Shown: positions 42,054 through 53,886 of the stretch, in pieces
How positions within the stretch are numbered: the stretch's first letter is position 1
Layout of the letters: every line of letters starts with the position of its first letter
Source: Eledone cirrhosa
Taxonomy: Eukaryota
DNA length: 64,000 nucleotides
Direction: 5' to 3'
Assembly: GCA_964016885.1 (NCBI GenBank)
Contig: OZ024750.1
Coordinates: forward strand, 54,374,001 to 54,438,000
The notes under the pieces: generated by a model
What the model was told of the DNA's origin: nothing
Databases searched by the model: none
Seen by the model: only the letters and a program-made list of their open reading frames with translations
Made by a program: the position numbers and the translations under genes

Positions 42054-45000
42054 TAAAAAACTACCCCACCCCCTCTCGAAACACCCACACAACTCCAAAC
42101 ACCCCAACCACACAACACACTGATGCCCCTACACTTCCACAAACCACCACCCCACCCAACAACCAATCCCCCACCCTCATGGAAATTGTGCAGCCCGATA
42201 CCCGGGATGCAGAGAGGTAAGTGCCTTTTCTCTTCACCACCAACATGGCTATGCTAAGAGTAGGCTGTCTAAATGCGCGTGGCCTGGGCTCAACTTGGAA
42301 GCAAGCAATGCTTCTAAATGACCTCAGGACTCAACGTATAGATGTGATGGTTATTTGCGAGGCCCGGATCAGCAACGTGCGACAGCTGGCCCCCACCTTT
42401 GATGACTTTGAGATGCACGCATCTCTCTGTCAGCCCGGAGGTGGGGGTGGGGTTGTCGTTTTGCTGCAAAAACATCTGGGTCTCGCAACACAGACGGTAC
42501 ATTTGGACCCGGAGGGTTGACTAGTGGTTCTGGACCTTGGCAGTGGTGAAGGCGGAGCATTTAGGTTGGTAGCCGCCTACGGCCCTTTCGGGTCAATGCG
42601 GCCGGACTTCTTCCATCGTCTGGAGACTTTTCTAGGGACGTCCCGCTCCTTGCTATTAGTGGGGGACTGGAATGGTATCCTAGATGCACTCTGGGACTAC
42701 GTAGGGGCCTGTCCCGATAGAGAGGGGTGTAATAGCCTCAAAGGGTTAATCGGTCGATTTGACCTGGCCGATAGATATCGACTAGATTTTCCGACTGCGC
42801 CAACCTGGACTTGGACAAATCGTAGCGGATCATCTAGGTCGTACCTAGATAGGTTCTTAGTTAGAAATAAGGATAAGGACTTTTTAAGTTGTCCAAAAAT
42901 GCGCATGGTTGGCTATTCAGACCACAAGTTAGTGAGCTGCATGGTCAACCTTGACAGAACGCATAGACAGGGACCCGGTTACTGGAAGCTCAACTTGTCC
43001 TTACCGGCAAGTAAGGCTTACAGGGACCGGATTAGCACTTTAGTTAAGGAGCGGTTGACGGGCGCCATCGTCAACAGCAGGTGGTGGGGATCTCTCAAAA
43101 GAGAGATTAGAGTAGTCTCTATAGAATTTAGTAAGGAGTTAGCCTCAAATAGAAATAGGAAGGAAAGGGAGTTGGTAGATAGTGTAGAAGAAGCAATTAG
43201 AAGCGGCGACGTGGCCAGAGTGCTAGCGTCGAGAACGGCCCTGGGCCAGTTCTTTGACGCGAAACACGAAGGCTGCATCGTCCGAAGCAAAATACGTGCT
43301 CTTGGAAACGAGGGGACCAAAGCTGTTAGCTGGGCCCGCGTGACAGAAGCCAAAAGAGGGAGTAGATCCACTATCCGGTCTTTGCGAGACCAGGATGGAC
43401 GGGTGATCCTTGAACCTAAGCAGATGTGCGAGGCTTTTCAAAAGCACTTTGCCGGATTGTTCGGAAGGGGCAGGGAGCCGGTTGGGGAAGTGGACTTCGG
43501 TCCATACCTCGACGGCCTGCCGCGTCTCTCGGACAGGGAGGCGAAGTCCTGCGAGGAGCCGATTTCAGCCGCTAAGATAGAGGACGTGCTGAGCCAATGC
43601 GGCAAACGCAAATCCCCTGGTCTCGATGGTCTTCCATACGAACTATATCTAGCTATGCCGGATTTGTTCCCCGATCTCCTCGAGGCGGTCTACTGCAACT
43701 GGCAACAGAACGGGAGAATTCCCTGTGCTGTGACCAAGGGTGTAGTCACGCTAGTGAGGAAAGACGAGAACAAGGGGGACGATATAAATAATGTCAGGCC
43801 CATAACTCTGCTAAATACAGAGTTACAGATTTTGGCCAAGGTGCTAGCAAAGAGGTTGGAGCTCGTCGTGGGCAACCTGGTGGGAGATGCGCAGACATGT
43901 GCTATCCCGTCCAGGTCCATCCACGACAATCTCCACCTCATGCGATACATCATAGAGAGGGTTGGGAACGAACCCGGCTTTAGTGGGGCCCTGATCAACT
44001 TGAATCAATCTAAGGCGTTCGATAGGGTCGACCATGGTTACCTGGATGCGGTGCTAGCGGCGGCAGGCTTCGGACCCGTTTTCAGGGGCTGGATCAATGC
44101 CATGCACAGCAGCCGCATCTGCTCTAGGGTCAAGGTGAACGGCTACCTCTCAGAGCCGTTCGAAATCGCGCGGTCCATCCGACAAGGGTGTCCTCTCTCC
44201 TCCCTTCTGTATGTAATGACTCTAGAGCCACTGCTGCGGAAGTTGGAGTTGTTGGAACCGGGATTGCGGAAAGCGGTGTCGGCCTACGCCGACGACGTAA
44301 CAGTAATGGTGTCGACGGCCTCGGAAATCGGGGCGATCGGCACCTTACTGGAGGAGTACGAAAGGTTTACAGGGGCTAAGCTGAACCGGGACAAGTCGAT
44401 CGGTCTGCAACTCGGCACGTGGAGGGGCAGATCGCTGCCCTCCGATGGCGTCGTCGGGCGCTGGACGGAGGGCCCGGTGAAGTTGCTCGGGGTCTGGTTC
44501 GGACCAGACCTCCAGGTGGAGAAGAACTGGGGTGAGGTAACGAACAGGGTGTTTGCACTGACCCAGAAGTGGGCCGAGTGCAAACTGTCTCTGAAAGGTC
44601 GGGCGGAGGTGGCGAACACTTATATAGCGTCCGTCATCTACTACCGCCTGACCGTTGTGCCTTGCCCAAGGGAAACGCTCGCCACAATGGAGCGCGCACT
44701 CTTCCAATTCCTTTGGAAGAAGCGGGCTCCTATCGTGAGGAGATCCATCTGCTGTCAACACCCTTCGAAAGGAGGGCTGGGGATGCCGTGGCTAATGATA
44801 CGTAAACACGCATTAAGGCTACGGCACCTCCAGGTATTCCTCACGGGTCAACGGGTCAACTTGTGAGGCGAGCCTTTCCCAGACTCGTCTCGCTCACCGA
44901 GCTGCAATCCTGGGTCAAGCAAAGACCGAGAAAACTGGGCGCCTGGCACACCGAGTGTGCCCAGGCGCTCACGTCTCTCTGGCAGGCGGACCATTCTATA

Positions 45001-45896
45001 GAGGGCTGGTGGTTAGCAGGTGCGACGACGCCCCCGGAGAAGCCCTAGGCATGGAGGAAGACGAACTGAACAACCTGTTCGGTAGGACATTCAGCCCGGG
45101 ACCCATGGATAACTTCCAGAGGTCCCTGGCCTGGCAGTGCTACCGAGGGGCTCTGCCCGTTCGAGAAAGGCTCTACAGACACGGGCGCCCGGGTAGGGAC
45201 CCCTCGAAAAAAATCTGTCCCAGATGCGTGTGCGACGAGGAAACCGTTGCACACGCATTGGTACACTGCTCGGGCATTGCCGATCTGTGGGGCTATGTCG
45301 AACAACTGCTGTAAAGGGTGGGACCGATCCGGTTGACCACCGAGTCTATTGTAACGATCAAGCCGCCTCCCCTCATCAAAAACGAAGGAGAGGCGGTGTT
45401 TCTGTGCGTAATAGCCATGGCGAAAGAGGTTGTATGGTGGACGCGTCTGAAAGGACTGAGGTCAGACACCTTTCTCTCTGGCCAACAACTGGTCCGTTTC
45501 TTCCGATATCATTTCGGAAGAAGGATCAGGATGGAGAGAGAGGTGCTGCACCCCAGCCGTTTTTATGAAAGATGGGTGAAATTGGCGAGAATGGCCCGTG
45601 TGAATGGGCCTTCACTCTACATCAGACTATAGGTGAGGAAAATGAAAGACCAAGGGAGCACTCCCTCTCTGTGCTCCTGAGGAGAAGGGTTGCACACTTT
45701 ATTTCGGGGGTGTGTGCGACCCCTCAAGGCGCCTCCTCCCTATTGAGGATTTTGTTATAAAATTTATTTTGTTATATTTTATTTTACTTTTATATTTTGT
45801 TATTGCCTCCTCCTTATTGAGGACGTCTTGTTATGTAAACTCCCCCCATTGTACTTGTCCCACTTTTTGATTACTGGTGGCAAATAAAAAGAAAAT
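42054..45896 (+). mobile_element. Tx1/L1-clade LINE copy 1, 5'-truncated (end of ORF1, ORF2, 3' UTR)
   Basis: ORF1 tail MEIVQP...ER* ends at 42220. ORF2 runs 42245-45632 with a few stops and frameshifts. AATAAA and an A-rich end at about 45883-45895. Confidence 0.92.
42245..45632 (+). pseudogene. LINE ORF2 of copy 1 (APE endonuclease, RT, CCHC zinc finger)
   Basis: APE motifs CLNARGL, VGDWN, YLDRF and SDH; RT motifs KSPGLDG, RPITLLN, KAFDRV, RQGCPLS and YADD; zinc finger CPRCVCDEETVAHALVHC. In-frame stops at 42518 and 45312 and frameshifts near 44.86-45.0 kb. Confidence 0.92.
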
Positions 45897-46697
45897 TATC
45901 TATCTATCTCCATCTCCCTGTCTGAGATAGAGGAGGTTGTGTGCCAGTCGCGCTGCTAAGTTTTTGTCTTTTTACTTATAAAAAGCAAAAATTTTTATTT
46001 TTAAAAATATACTACTGTATAGATTGACCCTCCGACTAAATTGTCAGTGGGTGGGTCATTGAAATTTTCGCCCCCAGGGGCGAAAATTTATAACAAATTG
46101 TTTTTATAACTATGAATGATAAAATTGAAGCGCTTCCCGCCATAAGTGGAAATGGGAGCGTTGAAATGAAGGTAGTGACGGCGAAAAATCATATAAAAAC
46201 AAAAGTATGGAAACACATACGGCACAAAAAAATATTGAACAAGAAAAATCACAACTTCACAAATGAACTCCACAACCACAAATCAAGCAATTGAGAACAA
46301 CAAAAACAACAACAACAACGACAACAATGACAACAACAACAACAGCAACAATGATGACAACAACACCAACAAAAACAACTCCACAAAAAAGAAATAATTT
46401 TGTTCGCGTAAACTATCCAAAAGACAGAACTATAAACAAATTGACATCTCTAATGCTAGAGAACTACTAAGAGATGCCAAGCAATACGTAACATTTGGGG
46501 AGAATGGCGCTTTTAGCATCACTTCTCCCCAAGAATTGCATAGAGAAACTGTCCTGAAAACTATAGTTTTCAGGACCATCTCAAACACCACCAGAAAACC
46601 AGCTCAATTAACGTAAAATGAAATTGAGCTGGTTCTAAGAAACTCAATAAAAGATATCACCTTCATACAGAAGGAAAAACTCTTCGAGAGTTTATCA

Positions 46698-46888
46698 GTA
46701 ATAATTGTTTCTACTTTTGGCACAAGGCCAGCAATTACCCAGTGTATTTCTGGTACTTTTTTTTATCGACCCCGTAATGATGAAAGGCAAAGTTAACCTC
46801 GGCGGGATTTGAACTCAGAATGGCAAGGGACGTAACTCTATGCGTCAAAGTTTGGCGTCCGACCCTCTACCAATACTGCCAATCCACA
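46698..46888 (-). mobile_element. Full-length tRNA-derived SINE inserted in LINE ORF1
   Basis: Minus-strand A box TGGCAGTATTGG and B box GAGTTCAAATCC, central CCTTTCATC...GGGGTCGATAAA domain. Flanking AATAAT is a possible TSD. Confidence 0.88.
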
Positions 46889-47871
46889 ATAATGAAAGAC
46901 CAATTGACGGCACAGAAATATTCTGTGTCGCCAATTGTGTCCCACCTCTACACCTTTTTCCCCACATATATGGGGAAAAGGACCCCCAAAATAAAGGTAA
47001 CGAGTATCACACCAAATGTAAATATCTGGTGGATATTGAGCGGCTTTATCAACTTTGATGAAGACACAATCATTTCGGTAGGAAAGTCCTCCAGGGGCAT
47101 ATTTAACAGTATAGCTTAGAAGTTCTGGTCCAAATGAGGCCAGAACGAATAGCTAGAATCCCAGAACGTGTGATCCACCCAACTCCTCTCCACCTAAAAC
47201 GACTCCAAAAACACCCACAAGCCCAACAGCTCCCCAAAACGTACCCCTCCCCAATCACACAGACACCACAACGGACGAGGCCCCCTCATCATCACTCCAA
47301 AAAAAATGAAAAAAGACATAACACGAACAAAAAGGCAACAAACACACAACCACCAACACAAACAACACAAACATTAGAAACAAAAATCCCCCCTCCCGAA
47401 AACATCACAATGACAACACTCCAAACACAAACACCCACAACAAAGCAAAAACACACACAAGAACAACAGACAAAAACTAACACAACACATAAAACCTTAA
47501 TGGAGGTCATCTCCAAAAACCCTTCCGTGGAAACCGAAGGAAAATATTTTACCAAATGTATAGACAAACCTAATTTAAGGATGATTAGGGTCCCTACGGA
47601 CACCTATAAGTCCTTAAAGGAAAACTTTGCCGAAGACGTGGGGAATATGTGTTAAACCAACGAACCGCGTCCTCTTGAAACGTTTCACCCCCCCCCCCCC
47701 CCCGCCAGACACCCCATCCCCACCAAACATCTCCATCCCCACTCCGCCAGAAACCACCACCCTATCAAACAACTCCTCCAACACCCCCATGGACATTGTG
47801 CAGCCTGGTCTCCAGGAAGCGAGGAGGTAAGTGAATTCTTTCCTCTTTTTTTCTAACTCTTCCTCTCCAAC

Positions 47872-50800
47872 ATGGCCAATATAAGAGTCGGATGTGTGAA
47901 TGTGTGCGGCCTGGGCATGCCCTGAAAACAGGGCAAACTCTTAAATGACCTCAGGTCGCACAGTATGGATATGGCAGTCATTTGCGAGTTCAGGATCCAC
48001 AGCAAACGGCAGCTGGCCCCCCTCTTCGACGACTTTGAGATCTACGCATCTCTCTGTCAGCCAGGAGGTTGGGGCGGGGTTGCCGTTTTGCTGCAGAAAC
48101 ACCTGGACCTTGTAACACAGACGGTACATCTGGACCCGGAGGGTCGATTGGTGGTCCTAGACGTCAGCAGTAGTGAAGGTGGAGCCTTCAGACTGGTGGC
48201 CGTATATGCCCCATCCGGGACATCGTGGCCAGACTTCTTCAAACGTCTGGAGACTTTTCTGGGAATGTCCTGCTCCTTGCTTTTAGTGGTGGACTGGAAT
48301 GGAATCCTAGATGCACGTTGGGATTATGTGGGAGCATGTCCCAATAGAGGGGGGGTGTAACAATACTCAAACAGTTAATCGGCCGATTTCAACATACCGA
48401 TAGATACCGACTAGATTTCCCGACTTCGCCACCGTGGACGTGGACGAACCACAGCAGGACATCTAGATAGGTTTCTAATTAGAGATAGGGATAGGGACAT
48501 ATTAAGCTGTCCACATATGTTCATGGTTGCCTATTCATAGTCAACCTTGAGAGAATCCATAGGCAGGGACCCGGCTACTGGAAGCTGAACTTGTCGTTAC
48601 CGACACGTAAAGCATACAGTAGTCGGATTAGCACTTTAGTTAAGCAGCAGTTGATGGAGGGCCATCGTCAACAACAGCTGGTGGTGTTCTCTCAAGAGAG
48701 CAATTAGATTAGAATCGATAGGCTTTAGTAAAGAACTAGCGTTAGATAGGAATAAGACTGAAAAGGAACTAGCAGATAAAGTAGAAGAGGAAATTAGGAG
48801 TGGCAGCGTAGCTAACGTGCTATCAACAAGAATGACCCTGAACCAGTTCTTCGACGCAAAGCATGAAGGCTGCATTGTCAGGAGTAAAACACGTGCTCTG
48901 GGAAACGAGGGAGCCAAAGCTGTTAGCTGGGCCCGAGTGACAGAGGGGAAAAGTGGCAACAAGTCCAGGATTCGGTCTCTGAAGGACCAAGACAGATGCG
49001 TGATACTTGAACCAGAGCAGATGTGTGCGGCCTTTCAGCGGCACTTTGCACAACTATTCGGGCAGGGTGGCATGCCGGGAGGGGCTATGGATTTTGGTCC
49101 ATACCTTGACGGCCTGCCGCGACTCTCGAACAAGGAGGCGAAGTTCTGCGAAAGGCAGATTTCGGCCGCTGAGATGAGAGACGCGCTGAGCCAATGCGAC
49201 AAACGCAAATCACCAGGTCTAGCCTACGAATTTTACATAGCAATGCCGGACTTGTTCTCCGGTCTCCTCGAAGTGGTCAACTGAAACTGGCAGCAGAACG
49301 GGAGAATTCCCAGTTCTGTGACCAAAGGCATAGTCATGCTGGTCAGGAAGGACGAGAACAAGGGGACGACATTAATAACTTCAGGCCCATAACTCTGCTA
49401 AACACAGAGTTACATATTTTGGCCAAGATGCTAGCAAAGAGGCTGGCGCTTGTCGTCGAAAACCTGGTGGGAGAAGCGCAGACATGCACAATGCCGACCA
49501 GGTCCATACACGACAACCTTCACCTCATGCGATACATCGTAGAGAGGGTAGGGTGTGAACCCGGCTTCAGTGAAGCACTGATAAATTTGGATCAGACTAA
49601 GGCATTCGATAGAGTCGACCATCATTACCTGGATGCGGTGCTTGCGGCGGCAGGCTTCGGACCCGTGTTCAGGGGCTGGATTGCTGCCATGCACAACAGC
49701 AACATCTGCTCAAGGGTTAAGATGAATGGCTACCTCTCGGAGTCGTTCCAAATCCCGCGATCCATCTGACAGGGATGCCCTCTCTCCTCCCTTCTGTACA
49801 CACTGACTCTCGAGCCACTACTGCGGAAGTCGGAACTACTGCAGGGCATCCCCTTGGAACCGGGACTGCGAAAAGCGGCGTTGGCCTACGCCGACGACGT
49901 GACAGTAAAGGTCGAGCACCTCGCAAATCGGGGAGGTCGGCACCTTACTGAAGGAATACGAAAGGTTCACAGGAACGAAGCTTAACCGGGACAAGTCTGT
50001 CAGTTTCCAACTCGGATCGTGGAGAGACAAACCAATGCTTTCCGTCGGCGTTGTCGGACGCTGGACGGAAAGACCGGTGAAGCTGCTCGGGGTCTGGTTC
50101 GGACTGAACGTCCAGGTGGAGAAAAAGTGGAACGAGGTGGCGGCCAAGGTATTTGCGCTCGCCCAGAAGTGGGCCGAGTACAAACTATCCTTGAAAGGTC
50201 GAGCGGAGGTGGCGAACGCTTTCATAGCGTCCGCCATCTACTACCTCTTGACCGTCGTGCCTTGTCCAAGTAAAACGCTCACCAAAATGGAGTGCACGCT
50301 CTTCCAATTCTTTTGGAAGAAGCATGCTCCTTTTGTGAGAAGATCCATCTGCTGTCAACACCCTTCAAACGGATGGCTGGGGAGGCCGTGGCTGACGATG
50401 CGCAAACACGCACTCAGGCTACTGCACCTCCACGTATTCCTCACAGAACAACTGGTGTGGGCCCCGTTCGTGAAGCGAGCCTTCCCGCAACTCGTCTTGC
50501 TGACCGAGCTGCAGTCCTGGGTCAAGCAAAGACCGAGGAAAATGGGCGACTGGCACATTGAATGTGCTCAGGCACTCACAGTCCTCTAGCAAATGCACCC
50601 GGTGATCAGTAGAGACTCCACCTCATCATTCTATAGAGGGTTAGTCCGCAGCAAGTGCAACAACACTCTCGGAGAAACTCTAGGCGTAGAGGAAGATGAA
50701 CTGGCCAGTCTGTTCGGTAGGACCTTCCGCCTGGCACCGATGGACAACTTCCAAAAGTCCCTGGCAGTGTTACCGAAGAGCTCTATCCGTTCGAGACAAG

Positions 50801-51259
50801 CTCTACAGACACGGGCGCCCGGGCAAGGATCCTTCGAAAAAGACCTGTCCGAGATGCGTGCAGGACGAGAAAACCATCGTGCACGCATTCGTACACTGCC
50901 TGGGCGTTACCGACCTGTGGAGCTACGCAGAACGACTACTGTCATGGGTGGGACAAATCCAGTTGACCACCGAGTCCATTATTGCGATCAAACCGCCACC
51001 TTCCTTCAAAAACGAAGGAGAGGCGGTTTTTCTCTGTGTAATGACTATGGTGAAAGAGGCTATATGGTGGATGAGGCTGAAAGGGCTGAGGTCAGACACC
51101 TTTCTCTCCGGCGAACAACTGGTTCGCTTCTTCAAATATCATTTTAGAAGAAGAATCAGAGTGGAGAAAGAGGTGCTGCACCCCAGCAAATTTTACAAAA
51201 AGTGGGTGAATGTGGCAAGAATGGCCCAAGTGGTTGGGCCTTTTTATATAAGCCTGTAG
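47872..51259 (+). pseudogene. LINE ORF2 of copy 2, multiple frameshifts
   Basis: ORF fragments align with copy 1: VHLDPEGR, FFDAKHEGCIVRSK, RPITLLNTEL, KAFDRVDH, CPRCVQDEKTIVHAFVHC. Confidence 0.9.
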
Positions 51260-51808
51260 GTTGAGGAAGAAGAGGAAGAGAGGAGAGGAGTGCTCACTCT
51301 TCGTGCTCCTGGAGATGAGTGTTGTACATTTTTTCGTGGTGTGTGCAACCCATTTGTAACGCCTCCCCCCTATTGGAGATCTCATTTGTTTTATTCATTA
51401 TTTTGGTTATACATTTTTACACGCCTTGTATGTAAACTCCCCAATTGTATTTGTTCCCATCTTTTGTGTCCTTGTGGCAAATAAAGAAATATATCTATAT
51501 ATCTCCCAACATATCTGTATATCTATCTTTCTACCTACTCACCTGTCTATCTACCTATCCATATCTCTATCTGTTTGTCTATTTATAGTTATCTATATTT
51601 TCCAATATCTTTGGACACAGACACTTGCACTGCTAATGTAGTTCTCAGGGAGATTCAATGTAACAAGACTGGTCTTTTCAATTACAACTATAACATTTTC
51701 CCAGCTGAATGGACTGAAATAACATGAAATAAAATATCTTGCGTTGCTGAAAATTGAACTCACGACCTTATGATCATGAGCAAAATACCATAACCACTAA
51801 GCTATGTA

Positions 51809-51879
<71 letters not shown>

Positions 51880-52061
51880 TCAGGGCATATATATATACAC
51901 ACACACATATATATATATACACACACACATATACACAAACATATGCAGGGCATATAAACAAAGTTACTTAAATACACACTTATATATATCTAATGGTAAA
52001 CAACTCTATAATATAGAAGTCTGGTTAAGATAATTTCTAATTTAGGGAAAGAGAAAGTTGA

Positions 52062-52220
52062 TTAAATTGACCTAAGTATTTAACTTGTACTTTATTTTAT
52101 CAACCCTGAAAGCATTACAGGCAAAATGACATCAGCGGGATTTGAACTCACAACATAGAGAGTCATAACTAAAGGCTGCAAAACATTTGTCCAATGTTCT
52201 AACAATTCTGCCAATCCACT
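52062..52220 (-). mobile_element. tRNA-derived SINE, diverged
   Basis: GGATTTGAACTC (B box, reverse complement) and CTGCCAATCCAC 5' end, as in the 46698-46888 copy. Confidence 0.75.
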
Positions 52221-52267
52221 TCTTGAAGAATGGTTAAGATGAAAAACATTAGTTATCCTGTTATATC

Positions 52268-53287
52268 GTGGTAGCAATGTGATCTAAAGAATGATACAAC
52301 AGACAGGGGACATGTGGTAGCAATGTGATCTAAAGAATGATACAACAGACAGGGGACATGTGGTAGCAATGTGATCTAAAGAATGATACAACAGACAGGG
52401 GACATGTGGTAGCAATGTGATCGAAAGAATGATACAACAGACAGGGGACATGTGGTAGCAATGTGATCTAAAGAATGATACAACAGACAGGGGACATGTG
52501 GTAGCAATGTGATCTAAAGAATGATACAACAGACAGGGGACATGTGGTAGCAATGTGATCGAAAGAATGATACAACAGACAGGGGACATGTGGTAGCAAT
52601 GTGATCTAAAGAATGATACAACAGACAGGGGACATGTGGTAGCAATGTGATCGAAAGAATGATACAACAGACAGGGACATGTGGTAGCAATGTGATCGAA
52701 AGAATGATACAACAGACAGGGGACATGTGGTAGCAATGTGATCTAAAGAATGATACAACAGACAGGGGACATGTGGTAGCAATGTGATCTAAAGAATGAT
52801 ACAACAGACAGGGGACATGTGGTAGCAATGTGATCGAAAGAATGATACAACAGACAGGGGACATGTGGTAGCAATGTGATCTAAAGAATGATACAACAGA
52901 CAGGGGACATGTGGTAGCAATGTGATCTAAAGAATGATACAACAGACAGGGGACATGTGGTAGCAATGTGATCTAAAGAATGATACAACAGACAGGGGAC
53001 ATGTGGTAGCAATGTGATCTAAAGAATGATACAACAGACAGGGACATGTGGTAGCAATGTGATCGAAAGAATGATACAACAGACAGGGGACATGTGGTAG
53101 CAATGTGATCGAAAGAATGATACAACAGATGTGGGACATGTGGTAACAATGTGATCGAAAGAATGATACAACAGACAGGGGACATGTGGTAGCAATGTGA
53201 TCGAAAGAATGATACAACAGACAGGGGACATGTGGTAGCAATGTGATCGAAAGAATGATACAACAGATGTGGGACATGTGGTAACAC
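52268..53287. repeat. 46-bp minisatellite, about 22 copies
   Basis: Unit GTGGTAGCAATGTGATC(T/G)AAAGAATGATACAACAGACAGGGGACAT, highly homogeneous. Confidence 0.97.
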
Positions 53288-53312
53288 ATATTTTGTTTAG
53301 ATATAGGCTGCT

Positions 53313-53503
53313 GTAATAATTGTTTCTACTTTTGGCACAAAGCCAGCAATTACCCAGTGCATTACTGGTACTTTATTTTATTGACCCGAAAAGGATGAAA
53401 GGCAAAGCTAACCTCAGCAATATTTGAAATCAGAATGTAAAGGGCCATAACTCTATGCTGTGAATCATGGTGTCTGATGCTCTACTGATAATGTCAATCC
53501 ACT
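53313..53503 (-). mobile_element. Full-length tRNA-derived SINE
   Basis: Colinear with the 46698-46888 copy from TAATAATTGTTTCTACTTTTGGCACAA to CAATCCAC. Confidence 0.85.
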
Positions 53504-53886
53504 GCCCTTGTAGGCTGCTGTGATGTTAGTAAAAGACTTAGAAGTAGTGTACTGAATTTAAATATGGATTAAGTGGGCTTGCATATCCAAGACCTCATAA
53601 CAGCCCCTTTCTCATTTTTAATATATGTTAAAATATATATCTATGAAACTCATTTTTGTCAAAACTTCAGATAATATAACAATTATTGCATGGAAGAGTC
53701 ATCATATTTCTAGTGAAAGATACTAGATTCTTCAAATAATTTTGGAAATATTCATTACTTTATTGGTATTTAGAACAAAACTTAGCAAAGGTTCTTTCTT
53801 AAAATGAGGATGCTAGTCTTTAGATAAACACTTTGAAACAAACAGTTTTGTATCAAAGAATCTGAGGCAGTTTCAGATAGTTTGGT

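Larger units (their letters stand above)
45912..51490 (+). mobile_element. Tx1/L1-clade LINE copy 2, near full length and degenerate
   Basis: Structured 5' region, disrupted ORF1 (about 46263-47830, Asn-rich N-terminus and Thr/Pro-rich C-terminus) and ORF2 47872-51259 homologous to copy 1. 3' UTR ends GGCAAATAAAGAAA. Confidence 0.9.

Noticed and set aside
52284-53289. Cys/His-rich minus-strand ORFs
   Set aside because: Artefacts of the 46-bp minisatellite cycling through reading frames.
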